A stretch of DNA of 64,000 nt, taken from the NCBI GenBank assembly GCA_963718895.1, contig CAVRAG010000008.1:1184001-1248000 (forward strand). The letters are read 5' to 3'. Source of the DNA: an uncultured Nitrososphaerota archaeon. GTDB taxonomy: Archaea; Thermoproteota; Nitrososphaeria; Nitrososphaerales; Gagatemarchaeaceae. Positions 9,685 through 19,023 of this stretch are shown here, piece after piece. The number at the start of each line of letters is the position of its first letter. The stretch's first letter is position 1. The notes beneath the pieces were generated by a model. The model saw nothing but the letters and a program-made list of their open reading frames with translations, had not been told where the DNA came from and made no database searches. The position numbers were made by a program, and so were the translations under genes.

Positions 9685-9846
9685 GGACGTAGTGCGCTGG
9701 ACGTAGCCTAGCTAGGTTATGCTATGCCCTTTTTATCGCCATAGCGTATGAAACAGGGACCTTTGACCAATGGAGCAGCCTACCCTGCGTAGGCTGTCCG
9801 TGATGTCTTCCTCTACGAAGTATCTTCAATTGGCCCATATCTGAGG

Positions 9847-10932
9847 TTAAGTCTCATCAATGAAACCAAACTTCTTCCGTTCCTCGGTGAACTGGCCCTG
9901 TATCGCGGTTCTTTTTGCCTCGATAGCTGGATAGATATCTTGCTCTATTGCGTACCTGATCCACAGTCTCACCAATTCGTCATATCGGTTCTTCGCCTTC
10001 TTTGACCTAGTTCCGATCCGATAGGCGCCTGGAGCCTCCTCTTTGACAAAGCCAATTGCGAGCCCCATTCTCAATATTGCGTCTGTCTGTTTCTTGATCG
10101 CGATCTCCCCCGCATATCCAATTTCATTCTTCACAAGCTCCTCAAGATCGTCGGTTGTGAATATCCCCTCCTCCTTCCCTACATCTACGATTGTTAGAAT
10201 AGTCATCTTTGCAACTGGATGACTCTCTAGAAAGAAGGTCTTGAATTCATAACTCGTCTTGACATCCACCAATGCCCGATTCAATGCCTCGTCGGAATGC
10301 ATCATCGTTCTGCCTACAGGACCGTCTTCTCGTCCAGGTGCGAATAATCCCAGCTTCACATCAGAGTCCCTGAAATCAATCCCGCTCTGCCAGACTACCA
10401 CTCCACCACTCCTTCTCAATAGACACTTGCAAAGCCGATTTGCGTCTGCGAAGGACACGCCAAGTACGAACTCATCATTGACTTCCGCTGAATTAAGGTA
10501 ATTTGTTTGGAGATATCTCTGACTAGATCGAACTTTGTATATTCGCTCCTGCATCTGCTCGACGACTCGTCCTTCATCGCCGATGGAGCCCTTCGCATCA
10601 CCTATGATTGCAATTCCTTTGTCGGGGTTGAAGATCAGGAAATCAAGATTTGTGACGCCTAGCTCTAGGAGCGGCGATCCCCGGACGAAGTGGTATCCAA
10701 TCTTGGAAAGCGATTCGCTCTCTGTAAACGGGAAAATGCACACGTTGAGGGCGTTTCGATGCCACTTGTCGATCTCCAACCCCTCCAACTTTCCACGAGT
10801 CAGGTCCTTTTCCTTCTGTTCGAACTCCTCCTCAACTTCGGCGATAGCCCGTTCAATGGCTATTGTGTAGTTGTCCTGCAGTTCCTTTACCCTAAGATAC
10901 CTTACGAACTCGTCATCTAGCAACTGGCTCAC
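9847..10932 (-). CDS. Hypothetical protein, possible PD-(D/E)xK nuclease-like
   Basis: 361 aa; LDFLIF...IIGDAKG resembles a D...(D/E)xK motif; lower GC than surroundings. Confidence 0.5.
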   Translation of the reverse strand: MSQLLDDEFVRYLRVKELQDNYTIAIERAIAEVEEEFEQKEKDLTRGKLEGLEIDKWHRNALNVCIFPFTESESLSKIGYHFVRGSPLLELGVTNLDFLIFNPDKGIAIIGDAKGSIGDEGRVVEQMQERIYKVRSSQRYLQTNYLNSAEVNDEFVLGVSFADANRLCKCLLRRSGGVVVWQSGIDFRDSDVKLGLFAPGREDGPVGRTMMHSDEALNRALVDVKTSYEFKTFFLESHPVAKMTILTIVDVGKEEGIFTTDDLEELVKNEIGYAGEIAIKKQTDAILRMGLAIGFVKEEAPGAYRIGTRSKKAKNRYDELVRLWIRYAIEQDIYPAIEAKRTAIQGQFTEERKKFGFIDET

Positions 10933-12049
10933 TTAGTGTTTGCTCGCTGAACATCGTCAGGTGAGCGTCTCCGTCAACGTCCTCGGCTATCGTCTCGTAG
11001 AATCTTACAAAGGACTCGAACGTAGTCCTGTATTTCGGAATGAGAGCCAACTCGCCATTGTGCACGCTTAGACCGAACACTGTCCCCTTGCGGTCGTCGA
11101 CAACAGTTGCAGAGAATGATACTGCATCGTCGGAAACATAGGTATCGATGAATGAAAAGTCTGAGAACTCATCGGCTTCTTCATCTGACTTGCCCAAGTC
11201 AACTTCGTTCTTCGCCTCACCGAAGAGCATCTTCACGGTCTTGACGTCAAACTTGGCATTGGGCACCGTGATCTTCCCGGCAACCAGCGTTGGTACGATG
11301 ATCTGGTGCTGCGTCAGGCCGATAGTCCTTGTCGAAGTCTTGAATCTTCCAGATGTAATTCTGATCGTGGACAGTTCTTCGCTGATCGAACCGATTATGT
11401 CCAGCAGGATACTGATTGTACTCTCGTTGACATCTCTTATCAAGACCATGCCGTTTCTGTTCAATTGGATCTTGTCGCTCCCTATCCGAAAATCCATTCT
11501 TGTGGAGATGGTCCCATACATCAGTTGAGTCTCCTTCAGAACTTCAGAGGCGTCTTCTCCTGAGTAGCTCATTCTACGGTTATATTCTTGACGACCTATC
11601 TTCGCGATGGCCTCTGAGAATCTTGATCGTCTACTAATGAAGCTGTACATGGTTGCGCTGTATTTCGTCAAGACGCGATTCTTCAAGTTCTCGAACAGAG
11701 GCGGCGATATCCATGCTTCAGAAATCCCTCTCTTCTCTGTGACGAAGCGACGTAAGGTCTTCTCGTAATCCTCCTTCGTTGAACCGGTGAAACAGAGAAT
11801 CAGTCCTGGCTTCCACTCGTAGACGTAGTAATCGGCAGATCTCTCTTCGTCGGCTATTGTAAAATGCCAGACGTCACCCATCTTTTGAAGGCTGTGCTGC
11901 AGAAACAGGGACTGCCAGTCGTCATTAACATAGAGAAGGTATGACTTGAGCCACTTTCCCTCGCTCTCGGTTTCGAAAATCTCACCGGCGTTCTCTGAGA
12001 GATAATCAAGGAAAGAACGGAGTGAGTACTGAGAAGCCGGAATTCTCAA
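10913..12049 (-). CDS. Hypothetical protein, operonic with 9847-10932
   Basis: 378-aa ORF overlapping the next gene; TATA-like CTTTATAT upstream on the minus strand. Confidence 0.65.
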   Translation of the reverse strand: MRIPASQYSLRSFLDYLSENAGEIFETESEGKWLKSYLLYVNDDWQSLFLQHSLQKMGDVWHFTIADEERSADYYVYEWKPGLILCFTGSTKEDYEKTLRRFVTEKRGISEAWISPPLFENLKNRVLTKYSATMYSFISRRSRFSEAIAKIGRQEYNRRMSYSGEDASEVLKETQLMYGTISTRMDFRIGSDKIQLNRNGMVLIRDVNESTISILLDIIGSISEELSTIRITSGRFKTSTRTIGLTQHQIIVPTLVAGKITVPNAKFDVKTVKMLFGEAKNEVDLGKSDEEADEFSDFSFIDTYVSDDAVSFSATVVDDRKGTVFGLSVHNGELALIPKYRTTFESFVRFYETIAEDVDGDAHLTMFSEQTLSEPVAR

Positions 12050-12288
12050 AGCTTTTCGAAGTAATGAGGTTAAACGTGATATAAAGATATACAGTCTTTG
12101 TTGGCAATGCCTCTACATAACTAGAGAGGCACACCACGTTAAGCAAGGGCGGTAGTATAACGAATCACAGATATCACTCCGGTTGCGAAGAGCCCGGAAT
12201 GCACCCCCCATCACCATTAGACCTTTGGAAGTGCTCCGAATCGCAAGACTGTTTATATGCGAGCCCCTTTAGCGGAACATGACTTAGG

Positions 12289-13101
12289 ATGGGGGAGGAA
12301 CCTGACAGGTTCGGGGTAATGATTCGGAACAAGGAGAAGGGTGTGTTTGTAGACGTCAGTCCGGATCGCATTGTCCTCGGACCCCGCAATTCAGACAAGA
12401 AGATTGGTGAAGATGATCATGTCACCGTTGTTATGAACGGAGACCGCATAGATCAGGCGCATCGCAAGGTCGATGGCAGGGAGGTATGGCACCTTACCGG
12501 CGAAGCTCTTCAAGCTCATCTTGACAGCTTGTTAGCCAATGCGACAGAGCCGGTGGATGGAAGCGAATTCGTCGCTCCAGACACTTACATCATTTCAATA
12601 AGACGAGCTAAACTACTGTTCTCGGTCGTTACTCTCCCCTTCTCCGTCTTTTTGACCTTCTTCTGGAGGTTGTTCGCTCATATTGAGAAGTACGAGGATG
12701 AGAACGGACTAGATGCCCGAATTATCTTTAATCAGAGTAGAATCCAGCATCTCATCCAAAGCGCACAACTCCCTCTCTCTTTGCTCTCTAGAATAGTTCA
12801 GAAGGTACCCCCGGCGGCGTTCTTGAAGCCGATGACCTTAATCGCAAAGCGAGTTCTGGTGAATCCCCAAAAAGTCCAGAACCTCAAAGACGACATGCTG
12901 TTCGTCATATCGGAGAAACGTGTCGGGTTCGTCTCTCGGAGCGACGACGGCGACCTTAAGTTCACTTCGGTGGTCCCCCTTCTTGAGGCATACGAACGCC
13001 TCAATGCCAGTGTTCCTGTGTCCCTCGATGATATAGGGAATTTCGGGGCAGGATCGGAGATTAGGGTTAAGGGCAGCCGAGCTCCAACCTCGCTTGCATG
13101 A
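12289..13101 (+). CDS. Hypothetical protein
   Basis: 270-aa ORF with protein-like composition. Confidence 0.55.
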   Translation: MGEEPDRFGVMIRNKEKGVFVDVSPDRIVLGPRNSDKKIGEDDHVTVVMNGDRIDQAHRKVDGREVWHLTGEALQAHLDSLLANATEPVDGSEFVAPDTYIISIRRAKLLFSVVTLPFSVFLTFFWRLFAHIEKYEDENGLDARIIFNQSRIQHLIQSAQLPLSLLSRIVQKVPPAAFLKPMTLIAKRVLVNPQKVQNLKDDMLFVISEKRVGFVSRSDDGDLKFTSVVPLLEAYERLNASVPVSLDDIGNFGAGSEIRVKGSRAPTSLA

Positions 13102-13161
13102 CGAAGTTCAGATGCACGCGCTCCCCACGTAACGAGATATACGAGTCGAACCCACACGCCA

Positions 13162-13908
13162 GTGATGTCACCATCGGGCGAGGGAGAACCTGACAATGGT
13201 CCAAAGTCGGTCTTTGTTGATGATGAAATTGAATCGCAAGTCTTGCAGGTAATCAGAGGTGCAACAAAGTACATCACCTTCGTCACCCCGTACGTCGACT
13301 TGTGGATGCATCTAACAGACGCAATGCGCGATGCAATCGATAAGAGAGTTGACATCACATTCTTCCTACGCGAAGGCGAGAACCGGCAAAGGCCTGAGGA
13401 CCTGAAATGGCTCCGGCAAAACGTCAAAGTGTACGAAGTCCCAAACCTGCATGCCAAGATTTACCTTAACGAGACGACAGTTCTCGTTAGTTCCATGAAC
13501 ATCACAGAGTATTCGACCAGAAACTCGAAGGAGTTCGCAATGATAGTGAGGCGCCAAGGCGACTCGACCGTATTCAGAGATTACGTTTCTCGCCTGATTG
13601 GAAAAGCAGCAGTGACACAAACTACACGCCCAATACGAGACTACGTTTCGAGCTTAGTTGAAAAAGCCACCATAATCCAACCTTCACGTTCATTTGGACA
13701 CCACACTTCAGAAGATGGATACTGCATCCGATCTCGTGACAGGATTCCCTTCAATACGGAAAAGCCTCTTTGCGTCGACTGCTTCAGCAAGTGGAATAGG
13801 TATCACGACGAAGATTACGCCGAGAAGTTCTGCCATTCGTGTGGAAAGAGCGCGAGAACAAGCTTCGCCAAGCCCCTGTGCATAGCTTGTTGGAAGAAGT
13901 CGAACTGA
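13162..13908 (+). CDS. Phospholipase D-family (HKD) nuclease-like protein with C-terminal Zn fingers
   Basis: LHAKIYLNE...VSSMNIT; C-terminal KPLCVDC, CHSC and KPLCIAC. Confidence 0.8.
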   Translation: MMSPSGEGEPDNGPKSVFVDDEIESQVLQVIRGATKYITFVTPYVDLWMHLTDAMRDAIDKRVDITFFLREGENRQRPEDLKWLRQNVKVYEVPNLHAKIYLNETTVLVSSMNITEYSTRNSKEFAMIVRRQGDSTVFRDYVSRLIGKAAVTQTTRPIRDYVSSLVEKATIIQPSRSFGHHTSEDGYCIRSRDRIPFNTEKPLCVDCFSKWNRYHDEDYAEKFCHSCGKSARTSFAKPLCIACWKKSN

Positions 13909-14422
13909 GCTTATGGACGTCGAGACAGACACATGTTCGAAGACACTAAACCTCTCAAGAACATCGGTTCACCGGAGGACCCTGATGGCACGTTCGACCA
14001 GGCCAGGACCAGTTGCATGGCCGCTGGCAACGCCGCCCGCCCCGTCGTGCTCGAAGAGGAATGTTCACCGCGATAGCGTTCTCGCATGAGAGTCGTCTCG
14101 TGAAGCTTTAGAGCGGCATTGAAGAGTTCAGATTCTCGCTGAGAACAAATCCTTGCACTGAGATACGAAACTGAAGGCGGACTTCTAGGTGACCTTCCTT
14201 GATTAGCTTCGCCTCGCTACCTCCTTTTCACTGAAATCTGTCTGGACTCAATAGCCGAAGCGAGATTTCCACGGAAGCCAGAAGATGGTCAGGGGAGACG
14301 CCCATGAGAGCAAGCGCCTAGCCTGAACACGAAATGCAGGAACAATCGAGCGTCCCGTCAAGAACAAAAAGGAGAACTGAAAGTATTAAGGCGAGAAACC
14401 TCGTCTGCCCCCAATATCACAC

Positions 14423-16138
14423 ATGAAGATTCTGGCATTCTCCGATTACCGTGTTCAGGACATAGACCTTCTAATCCAATTCATCAAGAAGAGGAATATT
14501 CAGCCTGACTTGATTCTTTACGCCGGCGACGACATCGAGAGGTTCTCTCCCCTACCCAACTCTTCGCTCGACAACTTATTGCTGGAGCACAAGTCACTGC
14601 TCTTATCGGGCTTCAAAGGGAAGAAGCGAGGACAGGAGGTGTTCGTCGATCATATTTCGAACTGCGTACGTGGTTTTTGCCTTGAAGGCCCTCTTGAAGG
14701 GAGGCTTGATGAAGTGTTGGAAGCCAGGGACATCCACGGTTGCTATTTCGAGTGCGAGCCAGAGAATTGCATAAGAAAGACCGTTACCGATGGAGACTTG
14801 ACCGTCGGAATCATCTATGACCCTGAAGACAAGAGAAACCTCTTCGAGAATCTTGCTTCTCTCTCAAAATACGGACTTTGCGCTGTAATTGGAAATGATG
14901 ACTCCCCTTCAGTACGAGATTGCATCAGAGGGTTGAATGTGTACGACGTTCAGAAGGAAGCCCTGTCGCTGGGTGGATCGGTCGTAGTCGGCATAGAAGG
15001 CGCGGTCGATGACCCTAAGCGGATGACAGGGATAGGGTACACCCTATACGACGAAAAGACGCTCTCCAAGTACTTGGAAGCGGTAGAGAAAGAGGCCAAC
15101 GGGAGAAGACTGATTCTGTTATCCCACTGCCCGCCCTACCAAGTCCTCGATTTTGCACGAAGGTTTGGCATTCAGCACATAGGTTCAATCGCGCTTCGGG
15201 AGTTTGTGCTGGATGAATCAGAGCGCGTCCCTCTGATCGTGTGCGGCCATGCTCACCTAATGGGGGGACGAAACACTATGTTGGAGCAGACGATGGTGGT
15301 CAATGCGGCCTCACACGACGACATTGGAGCACCCGGCCGAATCGCGATTATCCAACTGGAAGAAAGCGTCTCAGTTGAGTGGCATCAGATTTACGGGTTG
15401 AGAAGCGTGTTCGGAATCGGGCCAGCAACAGAAGCGAGGCTCAAAGACGCGGGGATGGTGGGAGTCGAAGACATTGCGGTGACTCAGCCTTCAGACCTCG
15501 CCGCGCGAGCGGGTATGTCTCTAAACAGAGCATCGGGACTGTGTGTTCGGGCGAAGTCCATTGCCGATGGCAGAGCCATCCCGCTAACGGGAATCGAGTT
15601 CGACGACGCTCGAGGTATCTACCTCGACATTGAAACTGACTTGACTCGGTCCCTCGTCTGGTTGGTAGGGATCTATTCGCGCGAAAGAGACGAACTGACC
15701 CAAATTGTTGCCCGCACACCCGCTGAGGAAAGGAGTTTGCTCGAGGAATTTGTGAACAAGATGAGCGGATTCGACGGGAGAGTCTTCACCTTCTCAGGGA
15801 CGAGTTTTGATCAGCGGGTTTTGCTGGAAAGATTAGATGTCCACAATCTGCGCTTGTGTTCGCACCCGGAGTTCGTAGACCTCTTCAGAATCATCCAGCC
15901 CTCTGTCGCGTTGCCACTAAAGTCATACGGACTCAAATCGATTGCAGCCTACTTGGGATACATCTACAGACATCCAGATTTAGATGGAATCACCGTTGCA
16001 ATGCATTATCTAATCGACTACCAGAAGAATCGAGATTCCGGGCTCCTTAAGAGACTACTCGAATACAACGAGGATGACATTCGTTCGCTACCTTGGATTA
16101 TGGAACGAATAGCAGAATTGTCGCATAATGCTAAGTAA
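14423..16138 (+). CDS. Metallophosphoesterase + HhH + YprB/RNase H-like exonuclease fusion
   Basis: FSD, AGDD, GNDD, SHCPP, CGHAH; GIGPATEARL; YLDIET, SFD, YGLKSIA, YNEDD. Confidence 0.8.
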   Translation: MKILAFSDYRVQDIDLLIQFIKKRNIQPDLILYAGDDIERFSPLPNSSLDNLLLEHKSLLLSGFKGKKRGQEVFVDHISNCVRGFCLEGPLEGRLDEVLEARDIHGCYFECEPENCIRKTVTDGDLTVGIIYDPEDKRNLFENLASLSKYGLCAVIGNDDSPSVRDCIRGLNVYDVQKEALSLGGSVVVGIEGAVDDPKRMTGIGYTLYDEKTLSKYLEAVEKEANGRRLILLSHCPPYQVLDFARRFGIQHIGSIALREFVLDESERVPLIVCGHAHLMGGRNTMLEQTMVVNAASHDDIGAPGRIAIIQLEESVSVEWHQIYGLRSVFGIGPATEARLKDAGMVGVEDIAVTQPSDLAARAGMSLNRASGLCVRAKSIADGRAIPLTGIEFDDARGIYLDIETDLTRSLVWLVGIYSRERDELTQIVARTPAEERSLLEEFVNKMSGFDGRVFTFSGTSFDQRVLLERLDVHNLRLCSHPEFVDLFRIIQPSVALPLKSYGLKSIAAYLGYIYRHPDLDGITVAMHYLIDYQKNRDSGLLKRLLEYNEDDIRSLPWIMERIAELSHNAK

Positions 16139-16310
16139 GGTCTAAGGTCCAAATACGAATTCTATTTCAATTGGACTCGCTTCGAGGATCGAAGCGAGCA
16201 CTAAGGCTGAGAGCGCTGGAAAATCGTTCAAGAAAAGAAGAGAGGCGGATATTGAATACTTCAAACTCGTCTCTCGCCCGCTGAAGGCCCGCAAGGGAAG
16301 ATGGGGGCCC

Positions 16311-17192
16311 TTAACTCGAGTTCTGCGCCTGAACCCAGAAGAAGAACGTTCCATATTGATTGATGTTGATAGTCACCAAGTAGTAGGTCCCGGCCGAGAC
16401 TCCCGTCGTCACGGTTGATAGGTTGGTGGCAAGAGTGATGGTTGTGGTCGGACCACTCGCGATTACGTTTGGGCAAGACGTGCTTGTGCAGCCCCACGTG
16501 GCGGACGCCAGACTTTTCGGTTCTTCAATGCCATATTGATTCGTCAAATTATTCAGGTTGGCGGTAACGCCGTAGGTTGGATAGTTGTCGGAGCTGACAG
16601 AGATGATCATAGTCGCGCTTAGATTCCCTGAAATCGTAAGACTCGAAGAGGTTACAGCCGTAAGTGCTATCATGGGTGGAACCGTCGAAGTGTAGAATTG
16701 TTCCGTGTGGCTGAACCTGCCTGAAGCAACCGCAGCAACTGGGACGTTGATCGAATTCCCGGCTGGGAGCGTGATCTGTACTTCAAAATAGTATGTTTGT
16801 CCTGTGATTGGTAACCCCCATCCAGGGACGAAGTTGGGCGAGAAGCCTGCCTGGGGAAGAGTGAGATTCACTTCGTATGCGCTTCCTGCAGGGAGAACGA
16901 ACGTCGACGACTCTGCACCCAGAGAGGCGCAATCAGTGTAGTCAGGAGCGCACTCTTCCAGAGGAAGTATCGACTGAGTGGAGGTCTTGCCGTTGTTTGC
17001 GATATCGGCAACCAGATGACCTCCAGGCTCGATGAAGGCCGAGTTCACATGGAAATCGGACGAGGAGGGTCCACCAGGGCCCCCTATGCCAGCGCCCAAC
17101 TGTCCGGTTTCGTAGAAGTAAGCTGCCACTCCCACTACCAGAACGAGGACTACCACCACTAGACCCGCAATGACTCTCAACTCCGAAGGCAC
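16311..17192 (-). CDS. Membrane-anchored secreted protein
   Basis: N-terminal TM followed by Ser/Thr-rich beta-type sequence. Confidence 0.7.
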   Translation of the reverse strand: MPSELRVIAGLVVVVLVLVVGVAAYFYETGQLGAGIGGPGGPSSSDFHVNSAFIEPGGHLVADIANNGKTSTQSILPLEECAPDYTDCASLGAESSTFVLPAGSAYEVNLTLPQAGFSPNFVPGWGLPITGQTYYFEVQITLPAGNSINVPVAAVASGRFSHTEQFYTSTVPPMIALTAVTSSSLTISGNLSATMIISVSSDNYPTYGVTANLNNLTNQYGIEEPKSLASATWGCTSTSCPNVIASGPTTTITLATNLSTVTTGVSAGTYYLVTININQYGTFFFWVQAQNSS

Positions 17193-17390
17193 CTCGGTCG
17201 CAAACTCTGCTGCCTCACCAAGTGCGACAGCGGGTACGCCTGATAAGCTTGAGGGCTCACGATGTGTTGCTGGTCGGTGTTACGGGTCTCAAAAGGATGA
17301 GTTGTGTAAAATGTAGTGCAAAAAAGAGAGACGGAGGCTATTGAATAATAGCCGCATTGTGCAGATTTTGTATGTCATTCGGGGATTTGG

Positions 17391-17576
17391 TCAAGGATTC
17401 GCATGGGAACCGGCTCGTCGTTTTTTGGTGCGCGGGTAGAGTTCTTTGAAGAGGTACTCCTCGGCGTCCCCGTCCACATGACCCTTCAGCTTGCCCTGCA
17501 TCAGTTCTCTGAACTTCGCGACCCTAGCTTCGAGCTCTGCCCTGGACGGCCTCTTCTCCTCCCGTTTGGGTTCCAT
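17391..17576 (-). CDS. Small hypothetical protein
   Basis: 61-aa ORF co-oriented downstream of the ArdC-like gene. Confidence 0.45.
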   Translation of the reverse strand: MEPKREEKRPSRAELEARVAKFRELMQGKLKGHVDGDAEEYLFKELYPRTKKRRAGSHANP

Positions 17577-17609
17577 GCTTCTATAGACTCTCCGATGGGG
17601 TTTTGTCCT

Positions 17610-18481
17610 GATAAGGGTTGTCGGGGTGGTCGGGGTATATCAGCTCCAGGACCTTCTTGGTGCGGTCCAGGACGCGCATGCACATCCTGCCGACCTGCTG
17701 AGGGTTGTTCGAGTTGGCGTAGCTGGAGATGTAGCGACCAGCTGAAGCCGTCTGCGGGCCTGCCGTAGAGTCTCGCCAGCGTCGCTGCCACCAGCTGCGC
17801 TATGGTCTCCGCTTCTGGCTCCTGCCCGTGGCCGCTCTTGGGCTCGAATGTCCTGTGGAGGGCGTGCCCCAGTTCGTGGAAGAAGGTGTCCCAGTCCTCT
17901 GTCGCGAGGACGATTGTCTTGTTGGTGTGGTCGGTGGCGCCGTAGATGCCCGGGGCTAGTCGCTCGTACTGGACCTTCATGCCGAACTTCTCTGCGACCT
18001 CCATGAGCGGGGGCGGGTCTCTGGGCTCGTAGATGGGGAGGTCCTTGCCGGAGGTGTCCTCGAAGCGGAAGACGGGGATGGCTTTGAATCCCACGAGGAC
18101 TTCTGCGAACCCTTCCTCCTCTGGCCCTCCGTGTCGTCTGGTGGCCTTCCTCTTGACCTTCTTCCTGACGGGCCCCAGGATGAAGAAGGCTTTGCTCCCC
18201 TTGGAGACGGAGCGGCCGACTTCGTTCCACTGCCTGAAGCCCCTGGCGTCCGTCGTTCCTGCCAGGAGCATCAGCAGTTGGTTTCCGAAGGACCACCTTG
18301 AGGAAGGCTTGACAGGGCTGTTGATGATGGCCTTCGCGCACATGTCGGGGAGCTGCTTCGACGAGAAGAGCTGGACTATCTTCTCCAGCTCCGAGTTCGC
18401 ACGCTCCCTCCAGGAGGCTTGGGACGTTGCTGGCTGACTCGTTGGTTCGGTGGCTTGCGGTGCCGTCTGGTTTGCTGACAC
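17610..18481 (-). CDS. ArdC-like ssDNA-binding/antirestriction protein with HExxH metallopeptidase domain; apparent frameshift near 17730, 3' end approximate
   Basis: WSFGNQLL, ARGFRQWNEVGRSVSKGSKAFFIL, PVFRFEDTSG, FHELGH, EAE. Confidence 0.8.
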
Positions 18482-18589
18482 GATAGAGTCCGCCTGCCTA
18501 CTCTTCCGTGCCGTCGGCTGGGAATCGCTTCATGAATTTGTCCTTGATCCTGTATGTATAGTTCCCGAGGACTATTTCGTCGCCACCCT

Positions 18590-19000
18590 TCATCTTCTCG
18601 ATGACGTCGCTATGCTCGCCAGCTCGGGGAGAAGGTTCTCGTCCCTGTCCATGTAGAAGGTCCACTCGCCCCCTCCGTTGGCGTACTTCTTCCAGGGGCG
18701 CTTCTCCAGTATTGCTGGATTAATGGCTGGTGGAGTTGCGTGGTTGCTGGTTGAGTTGTTCTGTGCAGGTGCGGCATGGCTCTCGCCATTGGACCTGTGC
18801 CTTCCTAGGACGTAGACGATGTTGCTGAACTGCCTCTCGGGGGTGTTCGTGTAGCTCTCGAGCACCTTGATCAAGGTGAAGCCCTCCTTGAGAAGGCCGT
18901 TCGCCTCCTCAGGAGTACCGGCTTCCTTGATCTCGGTTATCTGGGAGTACGGTGTCTCCATTCTTCTTCGCCTCCGCCTCGCTCGGGGCCTCTCAGACAT
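18590..19000 (-). CDS. Hypothetical protein, possibly frameshifted at the 3' end
   Basis: Co-oriented ORF; EANGLLKEGFTLIKV. Confidence 0.5.
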   Translation of the reverse strand: MSERPRARRRRRRMETPYSQITEIKEAGTPEEANGLLKEGFTLIKVLESYTNTPERQFSNIVYVLGRHRSNGESHAAPAQNNSTSNHATPPAINPAILEKRPWKKYANGGGEWTFYMDRDENLLPELASIATSSRR

Positions 19001-19023
19001 GCCCTCCTAGGGCCGGCCCGCAT

